DNA of 64,000 nucleotides, taken from contig CM120641.1 in NCBI GenBank assembly GCA_051362555.1, forward strand, positions 20,894,001 to 20,958,000, read 5' to 3'. Positions 27,240 to 38,573 of the stretch are shown in pieces. Each line of letters starts with the position of its first letter. The stretch's first letter is position 1. Made by a program: the position numbers and the translations under genes. The notes below the pieces were generated by a model that was given only the letters and a program-made list of their open reading frames with translations, ran no database searches and was not told where the DNA came from. This DNA comes from Lingula anatina. Taxonomy: Eukaryota; Animalia; Brachiopoda.

Positions 27240-28850
27240 ATGCAGGCACAACCCATGAAGTTCCTGATAGCTGTGATGGTAGTCACTTTAGCTCAGGGTG
27301 GGAAAATCTTGATCAAACCATTTGGACAGTGTTGGGGATCCCACCTCTTAAACCTTGAGTTTCTAGCAGGATTCCTTGTTGACAAAGGACACGAGGTTTA
27401 TTTCATAGCACCAAGCAGATATGCTGGACCATATAACCCTTATGCCAAGAACTTTAAAAATAAAGTCCATTTGATCAAATACACCACTCCAGAATTCGAG
27501 ATGGAACATTCATTCCAATCTTGTGATACATCCGATTCTATTGACAATATCAGGAAAGAGAGCCCTACAAAGCAGCTTCATTATAGAATGTCACACGAGT
27601 TTAGCCACTGTAAGGCATTATTCATGTCAACTGGCTCTTTGAAACACATCAAGAATCTAAAAGCCGACTTGGTTATAACAGACAGTCTGGCAGTGTGTGG
27701 GAGTATTTTAGCTACCTATCTTGATATTCCATATGTGACTGTTGATATGGTGCCAGGTAGTCACAGGTCTGTTTGGGATTTGCCTCACACCCCATACCTA
27801 CCTGGTGTTGATATGCCATTCAGTGATCAAATGACATTGATGGAAAGAGTGCAGAACTCGGTCTTTCAATATTTTCTTCAACCCATTCAAAACTATATTT
27901 TCAGAGGCTACTTTTTAAATCCGTTTAGGGAATTGTTGGAGTACTGTAATCTTACTGATGTAACTTTAACAGATCTTGTTAACCATGGAGCTGCCTATAG
28001 AATTTACAACACCGATTTTTCAATAGAGTATCCAAGCCCAGTGCTTCCAAATATGGCTTTCATCGGTGGATTTTTTAATACTGGATCTAGACCTTTAGAA
28101 AAAGAGGTGACTTTGTTTCTTCAAGATGTTGAGGAAAAGGAGGGCTTGGTCATTGTGAGCATGGGATCTCGAACCCGCTATGACATCCAGTGGGGTAATC
28201 TATTCGCTAAGGCTTTAGCACTGTTACCATGTAAAGTCATATGGAGACACATACCTGACACAAATGATCTTGATGATTTCCCAAGTGAACACGGTAAAAA
28301 TACAATGATAGTGAAGTGGCTTCCTCAAAGAGAATTGCTCTCAAATCCTAAAACAAAACTGTTTGTAACTCATGCAGGAGCAGGGTCTATGTTTGAAGCA
28401 GTATATCATGGTGTCCCTGTCTTGACCATTCCTTTAATTGCTGACCAGCCCCATCAGGCCAAGAAGTTGACTGACCGCTTGAAAATGGGGACATATCTGG
28501 AAGTGTCAACACTGACAGCTGACAGCCTGCACTCAGAATTATTGACAGTACTGAATAATACTGTGTATGCAGAAAATGCAAAGAAAGCATCTAAGATTTT
28601 AAGACTTAGTTTAGAAGGTCACGGACAGAAAATACTATCCGTTATAAACTCTGCTATTGCAGCCAAAGGAGCTATGCATTTACAGTCTAAACTAAACCAT
28701 ATGTCTTGGTATCAATATTATTCTGTTGACGTGATACTGGTAGTTGTGATATGTTTGATGCTTTTACCTATGCCTCTTTATATCTGTAGTAGATTTTTCT
28801 CTAACATGACAGTCAGAGATAAAATGAAAGTGGCAAGCAAAAATGATTGA
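27240..28850 (+). CDS. UDP-glucuronosyl/glycosyltransferase (GT1 family), single coding exon
   Basis: Signal peptide, then GGKIL..GSH (catalytic His position), the UGT signature WLPQRELLSNPKTKLFVTHAGAGSMFEAVYHGVPVLTIPLIADQ, the GAMHL..SWYQYYSVDV motif and a C-terminal TM helix. A likely 5'UTR splice acceptor atttccag ends at 27218, so ATG 27240 is the probable start. Confidence 0.93.
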   Translation: MQAQPMKFLIAVMVVTLAQGGKILIKPFGQCWGSHLLNLEFLAGFLVDKGHEVYFIAPSRYAGPYNPYAKNFKNKVHLIKYTTPEFEMEHSFQSCDTSDSIDNIRKESPTKQLHYRMSHEFSHCKALFMSTGSLKHIKNLKADLVITDSLAVCGSILATYLDIPYVTVDMVPGSHRSVWDLPHTPYLPGVDMPFSDQMTLMERVQNSVFQYFLQPIQNYIFRGYFLNPFRELLEYCNLTDVTLTDLVNHGAAYRIYNTDFSIEYPSPVLPNMAFIGGFFNTGSRPLEKEVTLFLQDVEEKEGLVIVSMGSRTRYDIQWGNLFAKALALLPCKVIWRHIPDTNDLDDFPSEHGKNTMIVKWLPQRELLSNPKTKLFVTHAGAGSMFEAVYHGVPVLTIPLIADQPHQAKKLTDRLKMGTYLEVSTLTADSLHSELLTVLNNTVYAENAKKASKILRLSLEGHGQKILSVINSAIAAKGAMHLQSKLNHMSWYQYYSVDVILVVVICLMLLPMPLYICSRFFSNMTVRDKMKVASKND

Positions 28851-29421
28851 CCTATATTTTAGTTAGCAAGTGAAACAGAATCATGCAAGTAATGTATTTA
28901 AATCATGGCATATTTATTTGAATATTCCAGTTTCTGCTATAGTATGGATAGCTTGTACTTTTGGAGTGTTTTTAATCTTGGATTTTCACAGGTGAATGCT
29001 TGTCTATACAATTTATGTAAGATGCTAGAAAGAAAAGATGTAAATGTATTTTTCTATGTGTCAAACCCCCACAAATGGCTAAACCTTTTGTCACTCTTAT
29101 GCTAGATGTTGACTTTTTTGCAGTTATATAAGAATATTATATAAGTAATAGGTAGCTTGCTTCACCATCATGAATAACAAATTACATGAAGATTTCATTT
29201 AGTTCCTTAATCTTACATCAGTTTGAATGATTATTCCCCCTTCGTCTAACCCCACAATGGGAATACGTCAATTTCTACATTGGAAAAATTATTAAACCCT
29301 TGTTTAAAGGGACACTGCTCTGTTGCAAAACGTTGAATATATATTATAAAAGAAACAACAGCAATTCATATTTAAATAATCTAGAACCGATAACAAACAA
29401 GTTTGTATATTTGTCTAAAAT

Positions 29422-29761
29422 TTAATGGGACAAAAACTGTTTATTTTGGCAAAAATGAATTTCCTGGGGTAGACAATTTTCCCATACTTACAAATGGTTA
29501 ATGAATCCATTTCTAAATTCAAAGTTAGTCCCAGTTTTTTTTTCTAGAAAGTTTTTTTTTTGTAATAATCTCTTAAGAGATTATTAGAGTAGAGCCATCT
29601 ATGAGGTCGCATGGTCCAATGGCAAGTGCAGATTTCAGAATAATTGCTTCAACTGCCATTTTTGTGGTAAAATAGAATATACCCCCGGTATTTTTACGGG
29701 TTGTTTACAATGTTTTTACTGTAAAATATATTTCTCATACGAAGAGTTGTTATCCCTTTAA
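29422..29761 (-). mobile_element. Kolobok-like MITE (copy 2, more diverged)
   Basis: Reverse-complement match to 24619-24962, ending tacgaagagttgttatcccttta a. Confidence 0.8.
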
Positions 29762-30358
29762 TATGACAACCCACCTTGGTAGTGTTTGATGGGTCTACTT
29801 CAACAACAACAACAAAAAAATTATATACTGTAACTTGGGTTAAAATGGGGGGATGTTCAAAAAGATACCTACACTAATCAATGATAGACTGGTGAGGACA
29901 TTAATACAAAGCAAGAAAAATCTATGTCTACATTTAACTAGAATCTTGATAAGCAAGTCAGAAGTCTATTCTAAGCTCAATGAAAAAGTCTCTAAAAACT
30001 CGAAAGCACTTTAAGATACCAATCAACCTATACAAAGAATCCAATAAACTGGAATAGAAGCATGTATCTGTGACGTTTGTAAATGTTACTTTAAAAAAAC
30101 CCATGTAAAATCTAGACAGTTCATAGAGAAAAGTAATCCGTATGTCCCTACACATTTCTAGGCCCATGCCATCACCACTAAGAACAAGAATTTTTGCAAA
30201 TTTTAACATTAAATCATTACTGTTGTCTGTCATTGGTATCACTATATGTCTGAGGAGGACCAGCCAAAAATAATTCACTAATATCATGATCTTGCAAAGA
30301 GGAAAAAAAAAGAGGCCGATCACTATATAAACAGGCAAACTCAAATGTCACCTGCACC

Positions 30359-30691
30359 TCAAAACTGTCCTATACATCCCATAAGACTTTTTCTAGGTGT
30401 CAAATATTGCATGTAAACTAGAGGTAACAAATCACTGTTGCCACAAAACTGTCCTATACATCTAATACCACTTTTTTAGGTGTCAAATATTCCATGTAAA
30501 CTAGAAGTAACAAATCACTGTTGCCACAAAACTGTCCTATATATCTAATACAACTTTTTCTAGGTTTCAAACATTCCATGTAAACAAGAGCTGACAAATC
30601 ACTGTATCACAAAACTCCTATGCATCTGATAGGACTTTTTCTAGGTGTCAAATATTCCATGTAAACAAGAGGTAACAAATCCCTGTTGCCA
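30359..30691. repeat. ~83-86-bp minisatellite, 4 copies
   Basis: The unit caaaactgtcctatacatc...tttctaggtgtcaaatattccatgtaaac.agaggtaacaaatcactgttgcca is repeated four times. Confidence 0.9.
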
Positions 30692-30867
30692 TGGTTCACA
30701 GTTACAATGGTATACAAAGCCCTTTAGTCAAACCAAAATGCACAGTCACTATCGACGATTAGTTTTTCCAACCAAATCACATTAACACATATTTCCTGTC
30801 CCTTTTTCCTGTGGTCCAAGCCTGTCATCATGTTGACAAGACAGTCCTTTCCTTTTCCAAATGACAT

Positions 30868-33800
30868 TTAAGCAGTGTCACTGTTCCATGTCTTCATGTC
30901 TGTCACCATGGCATTAAACAGGTCTATCAGGTGGTTTGGAGAGCTACTGTTTAGGTCCGTCTCCGTACATCCTGGACAACGGAATCCACCTGGCCCTGAG
31001 AAGTAACATCTCTTGCACTTCTGATTGAGAAAAAATGAAATTAAAGCACTATGTGCCCCAACCTTTTCAACCCACTTGTCATTTTGTTGTCCAATATAAG
31101 ATGGATGCATAAGCACAGCAGGAGTATAAAATAGCATTAGCTAGATGTTCACACACACAAATGCCACTTCCTGAGCTTTCAATACTCTTTACCACCAGTA
31201 CAATATGTTTTCATGATGCTGCTGTAAAATATTAATTCAAATATCATTAAAAGAGCTGTTAGTCAATTTGGAAGGAAAATGCCAAAAATCCTTCCTTAAT
31301 TTGTCATTATGTAATTTTGTACTGTCTACCTGACAATGCACATCTCCAGTTCTCCTGCAGTACTTGCATTCAACACAATGATTCCTGGGGCTGTCTACTT
31401 CACTGCACAACTCACCTGAAGACAAATCAAGTAATGATACTGCACAGTTTGTGTCTGCTTTCTACTTGAAAATGTAACTCTTTAATTATCTTAAATAAAT
31501 TGCAAGTAAACAATACCGTTTATGTGCATAAAAAGTAAATAACAGTTCCAGTATGTTCAGAAGGAATGGTTATGCAAATGATATGTTGTCAGGCATGTGC
31601 CTTATAATGGTCATTTGAATATTGAAAAAATCTTTATTCGAAAGGGAAAACTATCTCCTCTGTATCAATTTTTAAGTTTGAACCCGAATTCATCTGTGCC
31701 AACTGCTGTACAACTATACTTGTCTTCATTATGGATGGAGCAAAGGGATGAAATTGAACTAGCCATTTTCACTAATCCTTTAACTATCAATATCCATATT
31801 TTATATATTTGTGATCAATCATAATGTATTACCTATACACCAAGAGTACTTGTATGCCTGTTTGCAAGCAGGATAGTTGGGACACAGCACTGTGGAGGGG
31901 ATACAGTACTTCAGCTTGGCACTACATCCACAGCAGGGGAAATGTATGTTACACTCCAGATACTGGGGAAGGTTCTGAATCTGGTGACAAAATGGCAATG
32001 GATCAGTTTGCAAAACTGGTTATATTAACACAACTGAAGGAAAAGCTGAGCTACTGGATGTAAGGTTTCAAGGACAAAGATGCATCTGAGAGGTTAACAA
32101 GAGTTGAAATTTCATCTAGTGTAATGAAAATCTATTTTAATTTTATCAAAAATATATCATCAGCGTTTCAATTACATCACAGAAACATCCGCTAGTTTTC
32201 CTAATAGGATGTGAAGAGGTGAAGTCATAGGACAAAAAGGTTTATATTAATTATGCTTTCAAATAAAATCTAATTAAACTTTGATAGAATTTAATAAGCT
32301 CTATGAAATATGATCTTCATTAAATTCATTTTTTTAAAAACTTAAAACACACAAACACCTGTTGGAGCATCATATAATCATTTACACTGATCACCCACCT
32401 TGGTCAGATTTTGAAATAAACAAGGGTCATCTTGTATTTCTTGCAGTCCAATGCCAACTTGAGTGAGGATATTCAAAGGGTTTGTGCACCCAATACACTG
32501 GCAATCACTGCATTTCTTTCCCAAAGACAAGCATCCACATGACAGGGTGGAGCAAATGCCTCCCTCTGCACCAGACACAGTGCATTCACATCTGGCACTG
32601 CCTTCTAACTGTGATGTAAGCATGACTGGGGTCTTTGTTGGTTCTTCAATAGGATCTGAAAGGAGAACATGCTTTTGGTTTCCTCATATGACAATATTTG
32701 AGTAAAATTCCTTTGAAGTGTCAAATGATGTCATTCTTCAGGTACTGAGTACGTGTGTATTATCATTAGAACTTCTCTCTAAAGCATTAGAAATTAACAT
32801 TTGGCAAATCAACAGAATTACAGCCATTATTTGAGACAAAATTAATTAACTTAAAAATCTAATGTATATTCACTTGGTAAGTTAAGAGGTATTACAAAAC
32901 CAGTGGAAAATGAAAGAGAATATAAGAAGAAAAACAACATGAACAACAGGAACCTACTAGAAAAATCTATGCCAGGATAAATGTTATTTCCTTCCCCAAA
33001 CCCTGAAACAACTGGCAGAGTTTTGCCAGTGAGCTCAATGAATGGCTTCTTAAACAATCCATCTAGTCTCTCATCAAAACCAGACAAATATTTCTTGAAG
33101 TTTAAAGCCGTGTTCATCTTCAAAGTTATCTGTAAGATATGGCAATGTGAACAAAGATAAGAATTTATATTAAATCACATTAAAGAGAACACCTACTGTT
33201 TGTTGAGAAGTTCAAAGTAAAGCAGAAGTGAAGTCTTTACTTCCTTCTGTTTACATATATATCTTTAGATAATTCCAATGTACTTGATAAGTAGCTGGAC
33301 CACCTTGCTGCTTATTTGCGAAATGACCCCTGCAAATCAGTCCCCAGTGGCAGTACTTTTCAAACTTTAATAATAATTTTTACTCATTTTTTTTCTGCAA
33401 TTACATAATAATCTTACCTTGTGGTATGGACAGGTCTTAAACTGACCCCCAGTGACATCACAGTGGTCATTTATATGCCTGGTATGAAAGAAAGGTTGGT
33501 AGGAGCTTCCCTCGGTTACCAGCTTGTAACCAGGAAAAATATACGGAGCTCTGTTCACTTCCACCTGGATGGTACTGAAGTGGGCATGAAGACCAACTAT
33601 GGTGCTGAATGGAACTTCTATATTAACCAGAAGTTTCACATTCCTATTATGTGGGAAGGTGCCCGTTTCAAACTGGTAAACCAGCTTCCTAAAGTGGAGA
33701 GATAATATTATAAAAGCCAATGTCCTGATATGGCACTGCATAGACAGGCATACTGAAATATGAACATATATTGGATTGAATATATATAACTTCCAAATAT

Positions 33801-36800
33801 AAAATAAAATAGCTCTATCCAGTGGAAATACAATGGCAATAACATAAAAGATGATAATAATAACAATGAAACTGTAGATGAAAAGTTTTGAAAATCCGGA
33901 CAAACGAGGCATTTAGTATATCATAAAAGCAGCCTAAAAGCAACTGCAAACCTCAATAAAATGCAATTCTTAACAGATTATCAGTAACACCAAATACACT
34001 CAAGAGCTTTACTAAAAGCAGCTGGTATCAACAAATAATAATTTTGTTAGTATTAATAGATGGTGGTATTAGGAATCACATGGTAATAATTGCATGCAAT
34101 AGCAAATTAAGCTACATGAATATTTCTCTATCAGATGATTTCTTAAGAATCTCATTTACATATTACCTGACGTTTGTAGGTGGTTTCGCATTTATAATAT
34201 TGACAATATAGGTAACAATAAAATCATTCAAAATGGCTTTAAATACCCCCCCCCAAACAAAAAGCATATCCCAATTGAGTGAAGCATGCAGATGTTAATT
34301 AGAAAATGCAATGTTGAACTGTTACTTTACACAAAAAGGAGACCTTTAAAATAAAAATAACAAGCATTTGGCTTAAAAGAACAAATTGATTCATATAAAA
34401 ATCCCAAAACAAATCAGAATGTGAACAATCTAGTTTGTGAGCATAAACTATAATACACAGATCTCCCCATCGAAGCAGCCAGGTTTTGTCCACACCCATG
34501 GTCACAACTTTAAACTTTCTTATGTTCATACAGCCTTATCAACGAGATGGTGAAAATTTTGATTCACCCTGTAGTGTGATATCAATGATGAGAAGAGTAT
34601 AGAGACTCTATAGATACCACCTGACCAGTCCATTAAGTCACTGACGCTCATTTACCTGATGAAGACTGGTGGTATTGATTGCAACACTGGATCGTTGCTG
34701 CATATCATTAGTAATAAAGGATTAGTCAATTAGGGTGCAAAACAAAGCAAGCATACACACACACCTGGTGGAGAAAATAAGCTTGATTTTAGCTAGCAGT
34801 GGCACTGGGCCCTCTATGCTGCTATTAGAAAACTACAAGAAAACCAGAGGCTGTGAAGGATATCACAAGTTTAAATATCAACACACAGTTGTTTCACAGA
34901 AGTTGCGCTTATATCTACTACAGGAAAGCACAAACAGATGAAGAAATTTCTATATAATAATGTGACAGAGTTACATGTACCAATCTTTAAAATAAGGACA
35001 AGGTATTACACACATAAATTAAATCAATTCTTTATTTTATGATTAAAATCACAAACCAGTTCAATGTTTACTGGTCAACATAATTGGCATTTCTATTAAC
35101 AGAAATGTTTACCTTAAAAGTTCCAATTTGGAGCTCCTTCATTCTAAAATTCCTTGGCTTATGCATTCCTTTGGTTTGCTTCCATGTAGAAACTAGTTAG
35201 ACAAAAATAAAGTATACACTAAAATATAAACGCTCAAAAAATTTTCAACATAATCATTTGGTTAAAATTTGATCAAAAAGTAATAAACTTTGGCTTTTTT
35301 TTCACTCATCTTCAACACATGAGGAAACATATGTCTCATACCCAATATATGCTACATACACAGTCATACCCTAGCTATTACTTAATAAAATATCTACTTT
35401 TGTTATCTTAGTTAAGTCTATATGGTACTGTTCTCACTTAATTTTTCTATCATTACAGATTACTAATAGAAATGATCCATTAGGCTAATAAATAAAGAAC
35501 ATACCACGCCATGGTGGTACTGGAGGCAGTGAAACTGTTCCAATCTGAACATTTTCCCCCTGGCTGTCACAATTCTGTCCAGAGACCATTAGAGGCTGAC
35601 CACTGAAGTAGTTCACATCTGGTCTCTTCCCTTCTCTTGGTTGGTTCCAATCTACATAACCACTAGAGGGCAGTCCCACAACCTTGTCAAAAAGAGCTCC
35701 ATTTTTATCCAATAAAGGGGCAACAGAGTTTTTGTTCTGATAAAGATTATGTTTCCTTCCTGCTACTATTGATCCCCTTGACAATGTACATGCAAATCCT
35801 TTTTGCGGTTGCTGATTGGAGACAAACGGCTGACTTAAATAAGATTGACCAATGGTAGAGGATCTATTTGGCAAGGACAACAATTGGCGAATCAAGGGGC
35901 TATCTGGTGAGGCTCGTTTGACTGAAGTTCCAATGTCTTCTCTAGCATAAGGAGGGCTCAGCGTGGCACCAGCGAACATAGCAGGAGAATGTGTAGAGTA
36001 TGTTAATTTGGTAATGTCATCAACATGAACCTGGTACTTCTGGTTTTTGACAGTTTGCTCATCAATCAAACTTCTCATGTCGTCTGCTGCACACTGGGTC
36101 TGCTCTCTTGGTTCAGGCAAGGGGAACACGGAAAGTCCAGTTTCTACAATATGGCCCTCTCCTTTTTGCTTGTTGTTTGTTCCACAACTACCTTGACTAG
36201 ATTTTGAACTGGTTGGATTCAACAGCTCACTACTTGTACAAGTAGATATGCCAACTGGACTTACCTCCATCTGCTTGTTGTGAGTTGCATGGAGTAAAGG
36301 AGCACCTTGTACAGATAAAATAGACCATGGCATTGTTTCAGACCCAGATATGTTCTCAGTCTCCATAAGATCAAGAATTTCTTTCACTGGCTCAGAAATC
36401 TGCCCACTAACCATCTCCTGGCCTTCTTTTCCAGAATAAGGTCCCACTGTGGCTTTATCTTGGGAAGCATTGGAAACAGCCCCTTGTAAAGCTTCTTCTT
36501 CCTCCTCCTCTTCTTGCTCATTTAGCTTACAAGGTTTGGCTCTGAGGGGCGTTGAAGTGGCAAGAGGAGAGTCTTGGATTAGCTCGCCAACCGGGTTCTC
36601 AGGGAGAACCTCTTCCAACTGTTGTTGGTTAACGGGTGGCTCCAGAGAATGTGGAGCAACTGGACAACCAGAGACCATGAGAAGTTCATTTTCACTTATG
36701 TCCTCTGACACAGCACTCGATGAGAAGTCTTCATTTACACAGGCACTTGGTAAGTCTTCATGGAATGCACTGTCAAATGTTTGCTGTTCAACATAAGTCT

Positions 36801-38110
36801 GACTGGATGTCATTTGGCTATCACCAAATCTCCTCTTTTTGTCACATGATGTGCTGGTGTGGTCACATGATATGCTGGTATGCCCCTTTCGCTTTCTTGC
36901 GTTGTGCAAGTTGTCCCCTATTGTCACACCTTCCCCAGGCCCTGCTGTTGGCTCCACAGAGTTCCCATGCTGGTTGTCCCCAGCAACTGAAACTTGAACG
37001 ACATGGCTCCTTGAAATTTGCAAGTTCTCAAGCTGCTGGCTTCCACCACTGTCCCCACTGATAGCTTCACTCATTTCTGTTCTATGGGGCCTCTGATACA
37101 TGCAGGATGGTAGGTTGTAAGGCCAAACCATTACATTTGGGTCAAGATTCAAGGGCTGTTGCCAATCAGTACAGACTGGTTGACTAACAACATGTGGTTG
37201 GCACAAGGGAGCAGACCATGTTGAGCTATGCACTGCCCCCTCTCTATTCACAGTCCATCTGATCTCACTAACAGGGGCTGAAAAGCTTTGAGAGCAAACC
37301 CCATATCCATCAGGTAGATTAGATAACAATGCTGTATCTTGGAAGCTTGTATAATTGCATGATGGGGAAGGACCAGAGTCCCTTGGGAATTGTGACTGTT
37401 GGGAGTAATTTTGGTTCTGGTTGTAAATAGTTTCTTCTGCAGTGTAATCAAATGAGTTGTTTCCACACATATTATGGTGTCTGTATGGTGTGCAGCTTTC
37501 TGCAAGTTGTGACACATAGTTTGCAGGACTGAAATAATTACTGGCTAGGGCAACATTTCCATAACCTTCATTGCAGTTCACATGTTCTCGTCTCTGAAAA
37601 TCCCAGTCAGTTTTTCCTGTACTTTCCACCACTGGTACAACACTGCCACCATAACTGATAATAGAGCCAGCGTGTATTGGCTTAAAAGAAAACATCACAT
37701 GATCAAAGGGTGAACAAACATATTTGACAGCGACAATTAATTTTAGACACATTGAAGTCGATCAGTTTATAGTACATGATGTACTGGTACATACTCAAAT
37801 ATACATATATGACAGATACACACATCAAACTGAAATAACTTACTAACACGTACTTTTCTATGACAAGTTGTCAACGACCGATTGTTTTAAGAACTGACAG
37901 TCTGATTTTGTACTTGATGCTGAGTGTGTCACAGGACCTGTGTTCGGACTCATTTTGGGTCATGAGATTGACGACAGGTTTCCCTATTTTTTTCAAGATC
38001 TCAAATTATCAGAAAAATACCATGTGAAATGAATATCTTTTTAAAACTGAAACGACTTTGATACATACCTTCTCTTCAAAAGGCAACGTAGATCTATCCA
38101 AAGAAACCAT
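30868..38110 (-). CDS. Uncharacterised ~1150-aa protein: long low-complexity N-terminus + TRF2/HOY1-type PH-like domain + CXC motif + Cys/His-rich zinc-binding C-terminus. Exons approx. 38110-38069(?), 37680-35505, 35192-35113, 34832-34765, 33688-33418, 33129-~32958, 32655-32399, 31980-31833, 31415-31330, 31020-30868
   Basis: A 755-codon ORF is followed by eight phase-compatible exons giving NFRMKELQIGTFK..LLAKIKLIFSTRKLVYQF..IEVPFSTIVGL..DVTGGQ..DERLDGL, then CEC..CSTLSCGCLSLGKKCSDCQCIGCTNP and HCVECKYC..HCQKCKRC..CPGC. The first exon, the start codon and one donor (~32958) are uncertain. Confidence 0.8.
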
Positions 38111-38228
38111 AACGTTTAGAACAGAAAAGAAAAACGAAAAGACATGCAACTTCAACCTTTCGCTTTTCGGCGTAGCAGAGTCGGCAAAAATGTGCTGGGT
38201 TACATATAAAATTGTGCAAGAGATTAGC

Positions 38229-38573
38229 TTAAAGTGATAATAACTCTTCGTTTCGGCCAAAAAAATAATTTTCCTGGAGTAAACAACAATTTTCCCATAC
38301 TTACCAATGATTAATGAATCCATTTTTACATTCAAAGTTAGTCCCTGGTTTTTTTCTAAAAAGTTTGGTTTTTTGTTAAAATCTCTTAAGAGATTTTATC
38401 AGAGTATAGCTATCAATGGAGGTCACGTGGTCTAAAGACAAGCTCAGATATCAGAATAATAGCTATAACAGCCGTTTTTGTGGGAAAACAGAATATGTTA
38501 TATTTTTATGAGTCATTCACAATGTTTTTATGGTGAAATACAGATTTCATACGAAGAGTTATTATCCCTTTAA
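38229..38573 (-). mobile_element. Kolobok-like MITE (copy 3)
   Basis: ttaaagtgataataactcttcg ... acgaagagttattatccctttaa, the reverse complement of copy 1. Confidence 0.85.

Noticed and set aside
34160-34700. Candidate small exons at ~34167-34200 and ~34656-34697 in the PH-CXC gene
   Set aside because: Exon 34832-34765 alone gives the right phases and the expected motif. One candidate lacks an acceptor and the other has incompatible phase after that exon.
36025-37517. Overlapping and antisense ORFs on the large exon, and similar ones over MPP5, TRNT1, UGT and ZGRF1 exons
   Set aside because: They are shadow ORFs of real coding sequence with no independent support.
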